The position numbers and the translations under genes were made by a program. Below are positions 31,388-41,100 of a stretch of DNA of 64,000 nt, one piece after another. How positions within the stretch are numbered: the first letter of the stretch is position 1; each line of letters begins with the position of its first letter. The notes beneath the pieces were generated by a model, which made no database searches, was not told the origin of the DNA, and was given only the letters and a program-made list of their open reading frames with translations. The DNA comes from an uncultured delta proteobacterium. GTDB taxonomy: Bacteria; Myxococcota_A; Polyangia; Fen-1088. The stretch covers positions 64,001 through 128,000 of the forward strand of contig CAVWIP010000018.1 of NCBI GenBank assembly GCA_963755125.1, in the 5' to 3' direction.

Positions 31388-31518
31388 CCTGCCGCAATAC
31401 CGGCCGTAGCGTCGCAATGGCCGCTCGAAGCCATGGTCGTGGCCGGAGCGATCGTTGTCGGCCACGGTTACGTCCCACGTCTACGGCCACGGCCACGTCT
31501 ACAACCTCCTGCCGCAAT
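31388..31518. repeat. Hexamer-based hairpin repeat, copy B, flanked by an 11-bp direct repeat
   Basis: CCTGCCGCAAT at 31388-31398 and 31508-31518; GTCTAC/GGCCAC units. Confidence 0.65.
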
Positions 31519-31574
31519 CGCGGGACTGTGGTATTTGACGGGCTTCCGCCCAGCCCACACACTGGGCGTTGCCC

Positions 31575-33203
31575 ATGAGATCCCGCCGAAAACGTGGCGC
31601 GGGCCGCCCTGCCGCAAAATCCGTTGTCACGCCTGCGCCGCGCTTCCCCTGGCTGCTGTGCGGACTGGCAGTGTTGCTGGCTGCGCTGCCCTACCTGGGC
31701 TCGCTGGGCAATGCCTTCGCCTACGACGATCTGGCGACCATCGTGGGCAACACATCCATCCGTCACCCGGTGGCCTGGCGTTCCGTGTTCGCCTACGCCC
31801 TGTTCCGGCCGGCAGTCAATGCGTCGTATGCGATCGATTCGTTCTTCTGGGGCCTGGACCCGTTTGGTTTTCACCTGACCAACCTGCTGCTGCACGCCGC
31901 GAACACGGGCCTGCTGTTCCTGCTGGCCTGGTGTGCGGTTCGCGACGGAGCCAAGGCGCGCGCCAGCGACCCGCAGCCGCGCTGGGCTGCGCTGCCCGCG
32001 TTCCTGTTCGCGGTCCATCCCCTGCAAGTCGAGGCGGTGGCCTACGCGTCCGCGCGTTCCGAGTTGCTGTGCGCGCTCTTCAGCCTGCTGGCGCTGCTCG
32101 CCTTTCGCCGCGCCGCCGCCAGCGGACGCCTGCGCTGGCTGGTGCCGGCCCTGGTAGCCATGCTGCTGGGCCTGGCCTGCAAGGAGGTCGCGGCCATGCT
32201 GCCGCTTCTCGCCTGGGCCTACGATCGCCTGTTTCAGCCTCAGGATCCCGGCGTGCGCCGTCGGCAACTGGTCCTCTATCTGCCGCCCCTGGTTGTGGTT
32301 GCGGCGGTGGGCTGCGTGCGGCTGGCCATCTACTTCGGCCGCGAGGCGGCCGGCGCCTCGTCGTTCGTGGGCCGCAACCTGCTCTTGCAGATCAAGGTGC
32401 TGTGGCACTACCTGGCGCTGCTGGTCCTGCCGGTGGGGCAATCCGTGGTTCACGAGTTCCGCGAGGTGGGCAGCGCGTTCGAGCCCGGCGTGCTGGCCGC
32501 GGAACTGGGCCTGGCCGGCCTGCTGTTCGTGGCCTGGCGCCTGCGCAGGCGCGAGCCGCGGATCACCTTCGGCATTCTCTGGTTGCTGCTCATCCTGCTG
32601 CCCTCTTCCAGCATCGTGCCCATGGCGGAGCCCATGGCCGAACATCGCATGTACCTGGCCAGTGCCGGTGTCTTCCTGGCCTTTGCGGGCCTGGCGGCCT
32701 CGCTCGCGGCGCGCTTCGCGGGTCCGGCATCCATGCGGGTGGCAGGCGCAGCGACAGTCGTCGTGATTTTGGCCCTGGTCGCTGCCACCGTGGCCCGCGC
32801 CCGGGTCTGGCGGGATCCCGTCACGCTGTGGTCAGACGCCGCGATCAAGGCGCCGCACACCTACGCAGTCCACTACGCGCTCGGCGAGTCCCTGCGAGAC
32901 AGGGGCGATTGCCCGGCCGCCATTGTCGAATACCAGCGCGCCATCGAGCGCGTGCCGGACCAGCCGGATGCATGGACCAATCTCGGCATCTGCCGGGCCG
33001 AGACCGGCGCCCTGGCCGAAGCCGAGGCGGCCTTTCTGCGGGGGTTGGCACTGGACCCCAGGCGGGCGGGTCTGCACTACAACCTGGGCATGGTTGCGCG
33101 CTTGCGCGGCGACGCGGCGGCGGCCCACCAGCACTTCCTGGACGCAGTGAAAGTGGATCCGACGCACGAAAAGGCCCAGCGCGCGCTTTCAGCAGGGTAC
33201 TGA
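31575..33203 (+). CDS. TMTC-like GT-C membrane glycosyltransferase with C-terminal TPRs
   Basis: FAYDD…N, FRP, FHLTNLLLH, LFAVHPLQVEAV, KE, AEHRMYL, TPRs. Confidence 0.85.
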   Translation: MRSRRKRGAGRPAAKSVVTPAPRFPWLLCGLAVLLAALPYLGSLGNAFAYDDLATIVGNTSIRHPVAWRSVFAYALFRPAVNASYAIDSFFWGLDPFGFHLTNLLLHAANTGLLFLLAWCAVRDGAKARASDPQPRWAALPAFLFAVHPLQVEAVAYASARSELLCALFSLLALLAFRRAAASGRLRWLVPALVAMLLGLACKEVAAMLPLLAWAYDRLFQPQDPGVRRRQLVLYLPPLVVVAAVGCVRLAIYFGREAAGASSFVGRNLLLQIKVLWHYLALLVLPVGQSVVHEFREVGSAFEPGVLAAELGLAGLLFVAWRLRRREPRITFGILWLLLILLPSSSIVPMAEPMAEHRMYLASAGVFLAFAGLAASLAARFAGPASMRVAGAATVVVILALVAATVARARVWRDPVTLWSDAAIKAPHTYAVHYALGESLRDRGDCPAAIVEYQRAIERVPDQPDAWTNLGICRAETGALAEAEAAFLRGLALDPRRAGLHYNLGMVARLRGDAAAAHQHFLDAVKVDPTHEKAQRALSAGY

Positions 33204-33209
33204 AGACTT

Positions 33210-35075
33210 TCAGCGGGGTTCGAATTGCGGATATTGCTTCAGCCTGAAGATGAAAGTCGGCTGATCGATGTGCATATGGGTCACGCCCTTGCCGATCAGC
33301 TCGCTGATCATCTTCCAGTCCCACTCGTAGCCCGAGTAGGGGAGTTGGTCACCCAGGTACGCGCGGAAGGTTTCCCTGCGGAAGAGCACCTGACCAAGGT
33401 CGATGTCCCCCAGGGCCGGGGTGGCGTGATTGAGGAGCATCTCGTTGTTCCAGAGGCAAGAACTGAACACGAATCCCAGGTCAGGGTCGGATTCAAGACG
33501 ATCGATCAGGGCGTCGAAGTGGTCGGGCTGGTACCCGTTGTCGTCATCGAGGAAGGCAACGTACTTCCCGCTCGATTGCTTCACGCCGAACTCGGCGGGT
33601 GATATTCCCCAGTTGTTGGTCCGGGCCGGCAAGTTGTGCAAGACGATGCGTGTGTCTCCTGCGGCTGCCACCACTTCCTGTAGGGCGGCGAATACATCGT
33701 CGGGAGGATGATCGGCCACCACGATTTGCTCCCAGTCCTGGAAATTCAGGTTCTTCGCGGACCTGATGCAGGAACGCAGGCAATCCGCCCGATCGTAGAC
33801 CGTGGTGACGATGCTCAAAAGCGGTGGTCCGCCGACGAGCCTTCGCGGCAGTTCACGCCACCACTCCGGGCGAGGGTACGCCTTCCATGGCTTGCTCGCC
33901 TCGGCCGCCGTGTCGACGCCTCGCTCGGCCAGCGCGGCGAACAGCCGGCCCAGATCCTCGCGCGTCCAGCGGTAGTGCCACCCCCAGTTGCGCTCGCGAT
34001 CGACCGCACCCAATCCGGTGCGCAACTCGGCAAAGCGCCCCAGCGTGTAGTCGATGCCGAGGATCTGATAGTTGTGCAACAGCAACTCGTCCCGCGCGGG
34101 CACCGCCACGTGACCTTCCGGCCGGGCCATGTGACCGCCGGGGGTATGGTGGATCTCCTTGATCGCGGTCGGCGAGAAGACGCACAGCTTGCAATCCGTG
34201 GGATCGGGCAGAGCGCGGGTGCGCGTCCGGCGCAGGCATTCCTGCGGCCCGGGAAACTCCTCGACCAGCATCTGATAGCCGAGCGCCGGGATGGCCGTGA
34301 TGCCCGCCTCCTGGCATCGCTGCAAGTAGGCGCCGAGGTCGGGATGCACGAGGTGTTCGTCGATGTTGCAGACAATGACCCAGTCGGCGAGTCGAGTCCC
34401 GCGAAAGCCACGGCTTTCCTTCCAGCAGTGGTCAAACAGGCTCTGCTCCGACCGGACGAAGGAATCCGGATCGGTGCGCACGAGTCGCCTGACCTCGACC
34501 TTGGGATGTCCGCGAAGCAGATCGAGGGAGCCGTCGGTCGAGCCCTCGTCGAAGACGACGTACCTCTGCACGATGGGGTCGTAGTGGCGGAAGAAGAAGG
34601 GTAGTTGACGGATCTCGTTCCAGCACGTGGCGTACAGATGAACACGGGGCGCGCAGCGTGGGGACGGATCCCGGCCTTCGCGGCGCCCTCGCTCGAGAAA
34701 GTGGGCGAGCGGATTGGCGCCCGAGGCCCACACGTCCGGGTTGGACGCGAGATAGAACCCGGAATCGAAGTACGGGCTCGGGTTCCTGCCCTCGCGGCCG
34801 CCCCACAGGGCGAAGTGGACCAGCGGGTTGATCCCGTTGGCCGCCACGTCGGGGTTCTGTTCGAGGTAGGTGCGGGTGCGGAAGAACGGCGAGGGATCGC
34901 GAAAATCCTGCGCGCCGCTGTCGAGGTAGTGACCCGCGGGATCGGGCCCCGCGTCGGGATAGCGCTCGCTGTAGTAGTGCAGGTCGAACAATCCACTTTC
35001 GAGGAGGATCAGGCGCTCGACCTGCCGGCCCACCAGCGGCAGTCTGCGCAAGAGACTCTGCAGTCGCGTGGGCAT
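33210..35075 (-). CDS. Glycosyltransferase with three N-terminal ~36-aa repeats and two GT-A domains
   Basis: F…YL..NPDV…NPL.HF…G..EGR.PSP repeats; DEGSTDG/NIDE; AFLDDDN. Confidence 0.82.
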   Translation of the reverse strand: MPTRLQSLLRRLPLVGRQVERLILLESGLFDLHYYSERYPDAGPDPAGHYLDSGAQDFRDPSPFFRTRTYLEQNPDVAANGINPLVHFALWGGREGRNPSPYFDSGFYLASNPDVWASGANPLAHFLERGRREGRDPSPRCAPRVHLYATCWNEIRQLPFFFRHYDPIVQRYVVFDEGSTDGSLDLLRGHPKVEVRRLVRTDPDSFVRSEQSLFDHCWKESRGFRGTRLADWVIVCNIDEHLVHPDLGAYLQRCQEAGITAIPALGYQMLVEEFPGPQECLRRTRTRALPDPTDCKLCVFSPTAIKEIHHTPGGHMARPEGHVAVPARDELLLHNYQILGIDYTLGRFAELRTGLGAVDRERNWGWHYRWTREDLGRLFAALAERGVDTAAEASKPWKAYPRPEWWRELPRRLVGGPPLLSIVTTVYDRADCLRSCIRSAKNLNFQDWEQIVVADHPPDDVFAALQEVVAAAGDTRIVLHNLPARTNNWGISPAEFGVKQSSGKYVAFLDDDNGYQPDHFDALIDRLESDPDLGFVFSSCLWNNEMLLNHATPALGDIDLGQVLFRRETFRAYLGDQLPYSGYEWDWKMISELIGKGVTHMHIDQPTFIFRLKQYPQFEPR

Positions 35076-35076
35076 C

Positions 35077-36408
35077 TCAATACCTCAGGTTCATGCCCTT
35101 GACGATGCTGTCAAAGATGGCCTCGGCCTTGTCGGGAAGGCGGTCCTTGATGCACTCGAAGTACCTGACCAGCGACAGGGGCCGGCTGGCGGCGCCCAGA
35201 TCCAGATCGAGCATCGCCTCGAACCACTGATTCGAGATGTCGTACTTCACCACCATGGTGCCGAGCTTGCAGATGTTGCGAATCCGGTTGTTGACCACCG
35301 GCCCGAAATCGACGGCGGCCAGCCCGCTGTTGGTGTCGCCGTTGCACTCCGGATTGAGCGCACGGCCGCTGGCCTTCAGCAAGCGTTCCAGGGCGGTATT
35401 GGGATAGATCTGCAGCGGATAGCACGAGGCGATACTGCCGGCGCCGATTCGCTTCATGCCGGCTATGGTTTCCAGACCGTCGGCCACCGGGTCGGCCACC
35501 GGGAGGCCGACGATGCACTGGAGGTTGACCCGGAATCCGAACGAGACCAGATAGTCATAGGCGGCCTTCATCTGTGCCTCGCTGTCCCAGCGTCGGCCGA
35601 GAAGCGCGAGGGAGTCTGGCGCAATCGCCTGCACGCCCAGGCCCACCACCGAGACCACCCGGCCCACCAGCCTGAGCAGGTCGGGCGAGGCCCGCAGCAC
35701 GCTGGCCGAGGTGCACGAGACGTACATAGGCAGCCCGATCTCGTCGGCCCACCGGGCGAAGAAGACCTTCAACCAATCCTGATCCCCGAAGAATACGTCG
35801 TCATCGACCCATTCGATCTCGTGCGTGAAGTCCTTGATGTACCTGGCCTCGGCGAGCAGGTCGTCGATCTCGCGATGTTGCAGGGTGCAGGACGCACTCT
35901 CGAAGAGCTGCCTGGTCACCTGCGAAGAAGACGAGCAGTACGAGCACGCCCACGGACACCCGGTTACCGAAAGCATGATCTTGCGGTAGCGGTCGCGAAA
36001 CCGTGGGATGTCGCGGAAATACTCCGCCCGTGCCGGGGTCTTGAGCAGCTCGGGCCGATTGGGCCCGGTCTTCTGCACGCCCGCACGGTCGAGGTCAAGG
36101 CCGTGCGCCGCGCCCACCACCGTGATGTCGCCCAGACTCTCGCCACAGTTGGTCGCGTGATGTCCGCCGTAGATCGAGCGAAAGCGAAGCAGCGGCCTCA
36201 GCCTGTCTTCGATCTGCTTGGCCTGCGGATACAAGGCGGTCAGCGGGGAAAAACACACATAGTCGGGTCGGTAGGCCGCGATGTCGGAGACAGGATCGGC
36301 GAGCTCTCCGTCGAAGAACCTGATCTCGCCATGCTGCTTGAGTTCGCTGGCGACGAACAGAAGTCCGTAGCTCTCCTCGTTGCCCAGGCTAACCAGAGCA
36401 AAGCGCAT
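35077..36408 (-). CDS. B12-binding-domain radical SAM protein
   Basis: N-terminal YGLLFVAS…PDYVCFS…YGGHHAT; GCPWACSYC (CxxxCxxC); WVDDDVF. Confidence 0.82.
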   Translation of the reverse strand: MRFALVSLGNEESYGLLFVASELKQHGEIRFFDGELADPVSDIAAYRPDYVCFSPLTALYPQAKQIEDRLRPLLRFRSIYGGHHATNCGESLGDITVVGAAHGLDLDRAGVQKTGPNRPELLKTPARAEYFRDIPRFRDRYRKIMLSVTGCPWACSYCSSSSQVTRQLFESASCTLQHREIDDLLAEARYIKDFTHEIEWVDDDVFFGDQDWLKVFFARWADEIGLPMYVSCTSASVLRASPDLLRLVGRVVSVVGLGVQAIAPDSLALLGRRWDSEAQMKAAYDYLVSFGFRVNLQCIVGLPVADPVADGLETIAGMKRIGAGSIASCYPLQIYPNTALERLLKASGRALNPECNGDTNSGLAAVDFGPVVNNRIRNICKLGTMVVKYDISNQWFEAMLDLDLGAASRPLSLVRYFECIKDRLPDKAEAIFDSIVKGMNLRY

Positions 36409-37489
36409 CGAAGGATCTCACCGTGTCGGCGATGTATTTGGTCTGCTTGGCGGAGAGCCACCATCCGACCGGGATGCAGATCTGCCGGCTCCAGAAGCTT
36501 TCCAGCCCAGGCAGGGAGCAACGCGCGCCCGCGAAGATTGGCTGGATGTCATTGCGAGCATGGACGGAGGACGTCTCGATGCCGTGGTCGCGCATGTAGG
36601 CGGCGAATTCAGCCCGCTTTCCCGCGAGCAGGATGTACAGATAGTAGTCATGGCGGTGCGGGACCGGCACGGGCTTGACGTGCTTCAGGCCGCGGAAGGC
36701 GGCGTGGTAGCGGGCCGCGTGGCGGCCGACCTTGGCCAGAAGCGAGGGAACCGCCGCGAAGTTGGAAAGGCCGATGGTGGCGGCGATGTCGTTCATGTGG
36801 AACTTGTAGCCGGCCTCATGCACGGGGTCCATGCCACGCAGGGTCTGTCCCGAGTCCCGATCGATGCCGTACCACCTGAGCAGCTTGGCGCGTTCATAGA
36901 TGCCCCGGTCCTTGGTGACCAGGCAGCCGCCGTCGCCGGTGGTCAGGTACTTGATTGCCTGGAACGAGTAGCACTGCAGCCCGCCGAGACCAGGGCCGGC
37001 GAGGTGGGCGCAGTCCTCGATCAGTTGGATGCCCCGGCCGTTGCACAGCCCGGCCAGCGCGGGGTCGCAAAGATTGCCGCCGTAGTGAACCACCATCACT
37101 GCCCTGGTCTCGCGGGTGATGCGGGCCGAGACCGAAGCCGGATCGATGTTACCGGTGTCGGGGTCGACGTCAGCCCAGATGATCCGTCCGCCGTTGTGGA
37201 GCACGGGCGTGTTGGTGGCCAGACAGGTCATCGGGGTGGAGATCACGTCATGGTCGCGCACGCCGGCCAGGTGGAGCGCCAGGTGAAGGGCGGAGGTCCC
37301 GCTGTTCACCAGCACCACGTAGCCGCCAAGGTGATCGGACAAAACCCGCTCGAACTCCTTTACCTTGAGGCCTTCGCCGATGTAGCCGGAGTAGAGAACC
37401 TTCTTGAGAGCCGCCAGGCAATGCTTGCTGACGTAGGGCTTGAAAAGGGGAATCGGGGGTGACGGAGCAGCGCCGGGCGACATTTCCAT
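36389..37489 (-). CDS. DegT/DnrJ/EryC1/StrS sugar aminotransferase
   Basis: NSGTSALHLAL, IEDCAH, YSFQAIKYLTTGDGG. Confidence 0.92.
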   Translation of the reverse strand: MEMSPGAAPSPPIPLFKPYVSKHCLAALKKVLYSGYIGEGLKVKEFERVLSDHLGGYVVLVNSGTSALHLALHLAGVRDHDVISTPMTCLATNTPVLHNGGRIIWADVDPDTGNIDPASVSARITRETRAVMVVHYGGNLCDPALAGLCNGRGIQLIEDCAHLAGPGLGGLQCYSFQAIKYLTTGDGGCLVTKDRGIYERAKLLRWYGIDRDSGQTLRGMDPVHEAGYKFHMNDIAATIGLSNFAAVPSLLAKVGRHAARYHAAFRGLKHVKPVPVPHRHDYYLYILLAGKRAEFAAYMRDHGIETSSVHARNDIQPIFAGARCSLPGLESFWSRQICIPVGWWLSAKQTKYIADTVRSFDALCSG

Positions 37490-37504
37490 GGATACCCAGT
37501 CAGG

Positions 37505-38293
37505 CTATGTCGGCTGCGGGCCGGGAGCAACGGGGTTGCCCTCTGCCTCGGCACCCGGCCGGTCCGGCGTCAGCAGCTCGAGATACGCCTGCACGATCTC
37601 GCGGCCGCTGCCCTCGAGCGCGATCTTGCCTCCCTCGAGCAGCAGGGCGCGGCTGCAGAAGGACTCGACGGGAGACGTCTCGTGGCTGACCAGGACGACG
37701 GTACAGCCCTGGGAGGCCAGCTCGCGATAGCGGTCCTCGCAGCGCCGACGAAAGCCGGCATCGCCCACGGTGAAGACCTCGTCCAGCACCAGCACCTCGC
37801 GCACTGCCTTGAAGGCCACCGCATAGGCCAGCCGCGCCGCCATGCCACTGGAGAAGTGCTTCAGCTCCAGCGAGGCGAAACGTTCCAGCTCGGCAAAGGC
37901 CAGCACCTCGTCCACCGCGTCCCGCGATTCCGCCAGCGACAGGCCCATGGCCGTGCCCAGCAGGAGCACGTTGTCGACCGCGTTCAGCTCCGCGTTCCAG
38001 CCGATGCCCAGCTCCAGGATGGGCGTCACCGGAGCCAGCAGGTGCACGGCACCGCGCTCGGGACGGTAGATGCCGCACAAAAGCTTGAGCAGGGTGCTCT
38101 TGCCCGAGCCGTTGCGACCCATGATGCCCAGGGTCTCGCCCCGCCTGACGTCGAAGCTGACCGACTCCAGCACCGGCAGCCGTTCGAAGCGGCGCGGCCG
38201 GAACAATCCGAACAGGTGCTCGCGCACGGTGTCCCGGCGCACGCTGGGAATGCGGAACGACTTGGCCAGGCCGCGCACCTCAATGACGTTCAC
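37505..38293 (-). CDS. wzt: Polysaccharide ABC exporter ATP-binding subunit
   Basis: GRNGSGKST, FSSGMAARL, LVLDE, VSH; GTGA overlap with the permease. Confidence 0.9.
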   Translation of the reverse strand: MNVIEVRGLAKSFRIPSVRRDTVREHLFGLFRPRRFERLPVLESVSFDVRRGETLGIMGRNGSGKSTLLKLLCGIYRPERGAVHLLAPVTPILELGIGWNAELNAVDNVLLLGTAMGLSLAESRDAVDEVLAFAELERFASLELKHFSSGMAARLAYAVAFKAVREVLVLDEVFTVGDAGFRRRCEDRYRELASQGCTVVLVSHETSPVESFCSRALLLEGGKIALEGSGREIVQAYLELLTPDRPGAEAEGNPVAPGPQPT

Positions 38294-39075
38294 AGGTGCT
38301 CCGCGGCGGCGGGCGAGTAGCGCCGGAAGAGCGCGATGCCCGTGGTCAGGATGAATGCTGTCACGCCCGCCAGCATGAGAAATGCCTTGCCGGTGGGCAG
38401 GTGCCGGTCGACGAGCAACGTGCGCGAGAACTGGATGACCGGCGTGGGCGGCCACAGGTACAGATAGAAGTGGAAGCGCTCGGGCAAGATGGACAGCGGA
38501 TACACCACCGGCGCCAGGAAGAAACCGGCCTGGACCATCACGTCCCAAATCTGGTTCAGATCGCGGTAGCGCAGAAACAGCACGCTGGCCCCGAGGGAGA
38601 ATCCCAGCACCATGGTGACCAGCGCCAGCAGGCACACGCCGAACAGGGCCAGGGCCGCCGGGCTGGGCGCGCGCCCGATGGCGGTCAGGGTGATCACGAT
38701 GGCGGTGCAGACCACGATCAGCGTCAGCAGGGGATTCGAGGCTGCCGTGACCACCAGCAGCCAGCGCGGGAAGTGCGTCTTGGCCAGGAGATAACCTTTG
38801 GCGGCCAGCGCGGTCACGCCCAGCTTGGTGGACTCGGCGAAGAAGTCCCAAAGAAACAGGCCCAGGATGAGGTTCAGCTTGTAGTTCGGATCCTGCGCGA
38901 AGATGAACGAGAAGACCGCCATCAGAACCAGGAACATGGCGGTGGGCTTGAGCAAGGCCCAGAAGAAACCCATGAAGGTTCCGTGGTAGCGCACCTTGAA
39001 ATCGGTGCGCACCAGCGTCCAGGCCAGACCGGCCAGGTCCACGTGTGACGGTCGGGAAGCTGGAACGAGGCTCAT
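38290..39075 (-). CDS. wzm: Polysaccharide ABC exporter permease
   Basis: DFKVRYHGTFMGFFWALLKP, YRDL, FFLAPVVYP. Confidence 0.9.
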   Translation of the reverse strand: MSLVPASRPSHVDLAGLAWTLVRTDFKVRYHGTFMGFFWALLKPTAMFLVLMAVFSFIFAQDPNYKLNLILGLFLWDFFAESTKLGVTALAAKGYLLAKTHFPRWLLVVTAASNPLLTLIVVCTAIVITLTAIGRAPSPAALALFGVCLLALVTMVLGFSLGASVLFLRYRDLNQIWDVMVQAGFFLAPVVYPLSILPERFHFYLYLWPPTPVIQFSRTLLVDRHLPTGKAFLMLAGVTAFILTTGIALFRRYSPAAAEHL

Positions 39076-39238
39076 CGCTGCCGCGCTCCCCCGAGCCAAC
39101 CCGGGGTCGCGAGGCGGGTCCGGATGCCGGCGGATGGGGTTGAAAGGTCTGTCGCAAGCACTCGGTGTAGTCTACCCCATCGCGTCCTCGCCGAGGTCGC
39201 CTTGATCGTTCACCCAGTCTGCGCCGGTCCCGCCAGGG

Positions 39239-39301
39239 TCGATTTCGCCCACGGCCCGCGCCTTGACGGTAACATGGGGCCGAGGAATCCGAGCCCGTGG
39301 A
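39239..39301 (+). repeat. Right copy of the ~62 bp diverged direct repeat
   Basis: TCGATTTCGCCCAC…CCTTGACGGTAACAT…CGAGGAA…CCGTGGA shared with 25805-25866. Confidence 0.85.
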
Positions 39302-41075
39302 CACCGATCCCAAAACTGCATGGCGCGCCTGGGGCGCCTTGGTCGTGGCCGGGCTGGCCTTCTTGGCCTATGCCCTGTGCGCGGCGCTGGCTCCGTATTT
39401 TCTCGATTCGGCCGAGCTGGCCGCGGCGACCTTTGGCCTGGGTGTGGCCCATCCGCCGGGCGAGGTCACGGCCCTTCTGTGGGGAAAGTTCTTCGATCTG
39501 CTGCCGCTGGGCAACGTCGCCTTTCGCGCGGCCATCTCGCAAGCAGTGGCCGGTGCCCTGGCGGCGCTTGTGGTCTACGGCTTGAGCCTGGATGCGGCCG
39601 ATTGGCTGGATCCCGACGAGAAACTCGATCCGATCACGCGCGTGCTGGTGGCCGCCGCCGCTGCCCTGATGTTCGCCTTCGCGCCGGGCGTGGTGATCGT
39701 GTGCAACCGCGCCGAGGTCTACGCCCTGCAGACGGCGCTATCGCTGGCCGCGCTGTGGCTGGCCTTGCGTGCGGCGTGCAGCCGCGATGCCCGTCCCGCC
39801 CTGGTGGCCGCCGTGCTCATCGGTCTGGGCGTCGCGAACCATTCTCTTGTCGCCGGGCTGGTCGGCCTGGGAGCCGTGGTGGCGGCGCTGCCCTTGCTCG
39901 TCGAGAAACGCGACCGCCTCATCGGGCTGGCGCTGCTGGCGTTCATGGCGGGCATGGCCATTCACGCGTACCTGCCCCTGCGCGCGGCTGCGCTCTTCGG
40001 CGCGTCCGATCGCGGCGCCAACGACGTGGTGTGGGGTGACGCGCGCTCGTTGAGCGGTCTGTGGTGGGTGGTCTCGGCGCACACCTTCGCGGTCAAGCAG
40101 GCCGTGGTGCAAGGCCAGGCGACGCCCGGGGCACTGCCCTTTTTGCCCATGGAAGAACTGGGCGAGGCCTTCGCGTTGCTCGCGCCGGCTGGCCTGTACT
40201 TTCTGCTCCGGCGCAGGGGTTCGCGCTGGCCCGGCATTGCCCTGCTGGTGGCAGCGGCAGGCTCCATGGTGGCGGGCCTGATCGGCGGTCTGGCCCCGGC
40301 CAACCCGGACATCCGCGGCTACCTGGGATCGGCCTTTGCGCTGGTCGCGGTCTTCTCCGCTGCCGCGATTCTGTTCGGTCTGACCGTGTTTCGCCTGGCA
40401 CGCTTGCGCCCCTTGCTGGCTGCGCTGCTGCTGCTGGCGGCGCTCAGCCGCTTTCCCAGCCCGAGCCGGTACCCGGGGCTGCGCGACTCTAGCGCAGGCG
40501 ACGCGACGACAGGCCACATGCTGGCGCACCTGCCGCCGCGAGCGGCGCTTTTGACCAACCACTTCGAGACCGCGTTCCTGGTCGGCTACCAGCGCCTGGT
40601 GGAAGCGCGCCGACCTGACGTGGCCTGGGCCCACCTCGCTTTCGTCGGCGGGCCTGGCTATGCGGAACGGGTCTCGCTGGCCGAACCCGACCTGGCGGCC
40701 AGCCTGCAGGCCTATCGCCAAGGGGACTTTTCCGTCGAGGTACTGCGCGCCCTCGATGCACACCGGCCGGTGCGCATCGAGCCGGACGTCATGATTCGAC
40801 TTCCCCTGCGCAAGCAACTCGTGCCCGTCGGCGATCTCTGGGCGCCGTCTTTCGGCAGCGACGCGAGCCTGGATCCACTCGCGTTCTGGATGCTGGCCGA
40901 GGCGAAGTCCGACCCGCAGGCGCGCGGCTATCTCGGCTGGCGCTCGTACATCGACGCTGTCTGGGCGTGCGACAACCAAGACCGCGACCGCGCACACCTG
41001 CGTTTCGCCGAACTAGAAAGCTTGATGCCCGAGGATGCCCGCTTCAAGGAACTGAAGGCGCGCTGCCGACAATGA
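39297..41075 (+). CDS. DUF2723 (TMEM260-like) GT-C membrane protein
   Basis: DSAEL…LGVAHPPG and AEVYAL motifs; many TM segments. Confidence 0.8.
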   Translation: MDTDPKTAWRAWGALVVAGLAFLAYALCAALAPYFLDSAELAAATFGLGVAHPPGEVTALLWGKFFDLLPLGNVAFRAAISQAVAGALAALVVYGLSLDAADWLDPDEKLDPITRVLVAAAAALMFAFAPGVVIVCNRAEVYALQTALSLAALWLALRAACSRDARPALVAAVLIGLGVANHSLVAGLVGLGAVVAALPLLVEKRDRLIGLALLAFMAGMAIHAYLPLRAAALFGASDRGANDVVWGDARSLSGLWWVVSAHTFAVKQAVVQGQATPGALPFLPMEELGEAFALLAPAGLYFLLRRRGSRWPGIALLVAAAGSMVAGLIGGLAPANPDIRGYLGSAFALVAVFSAAAILFGLTVFRLARLRPLLAALLLLAALSRFPSPSRYPGLRDSSAGDATTGHMLAHLPPRAALLTNHFETAFLVGYQRLVEARRPDVAWAHLAFVGGPGYAERVSLAEPDLAASLQAYRQGDFSVEVLRALDAHRPVRIEPDVMIRLPLRKQLVPVGDLWAPSFGSDASLDPLAFWMLAEAKSDPQARGYLGWRSYIDAVWACDNQDRDRAHLRFAELESLMPEDARFKELKARCRQ

Positions 41076-41100
41076 GCCCACTTCGATGTAACCTGCCCAG

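Noticed and set aside
38294..39313. Wzm-Wzt fusion (602-aa ORF)
   Set aside because: The upstream part is an alternative frame of wzm; the real genes overlap by GTGA
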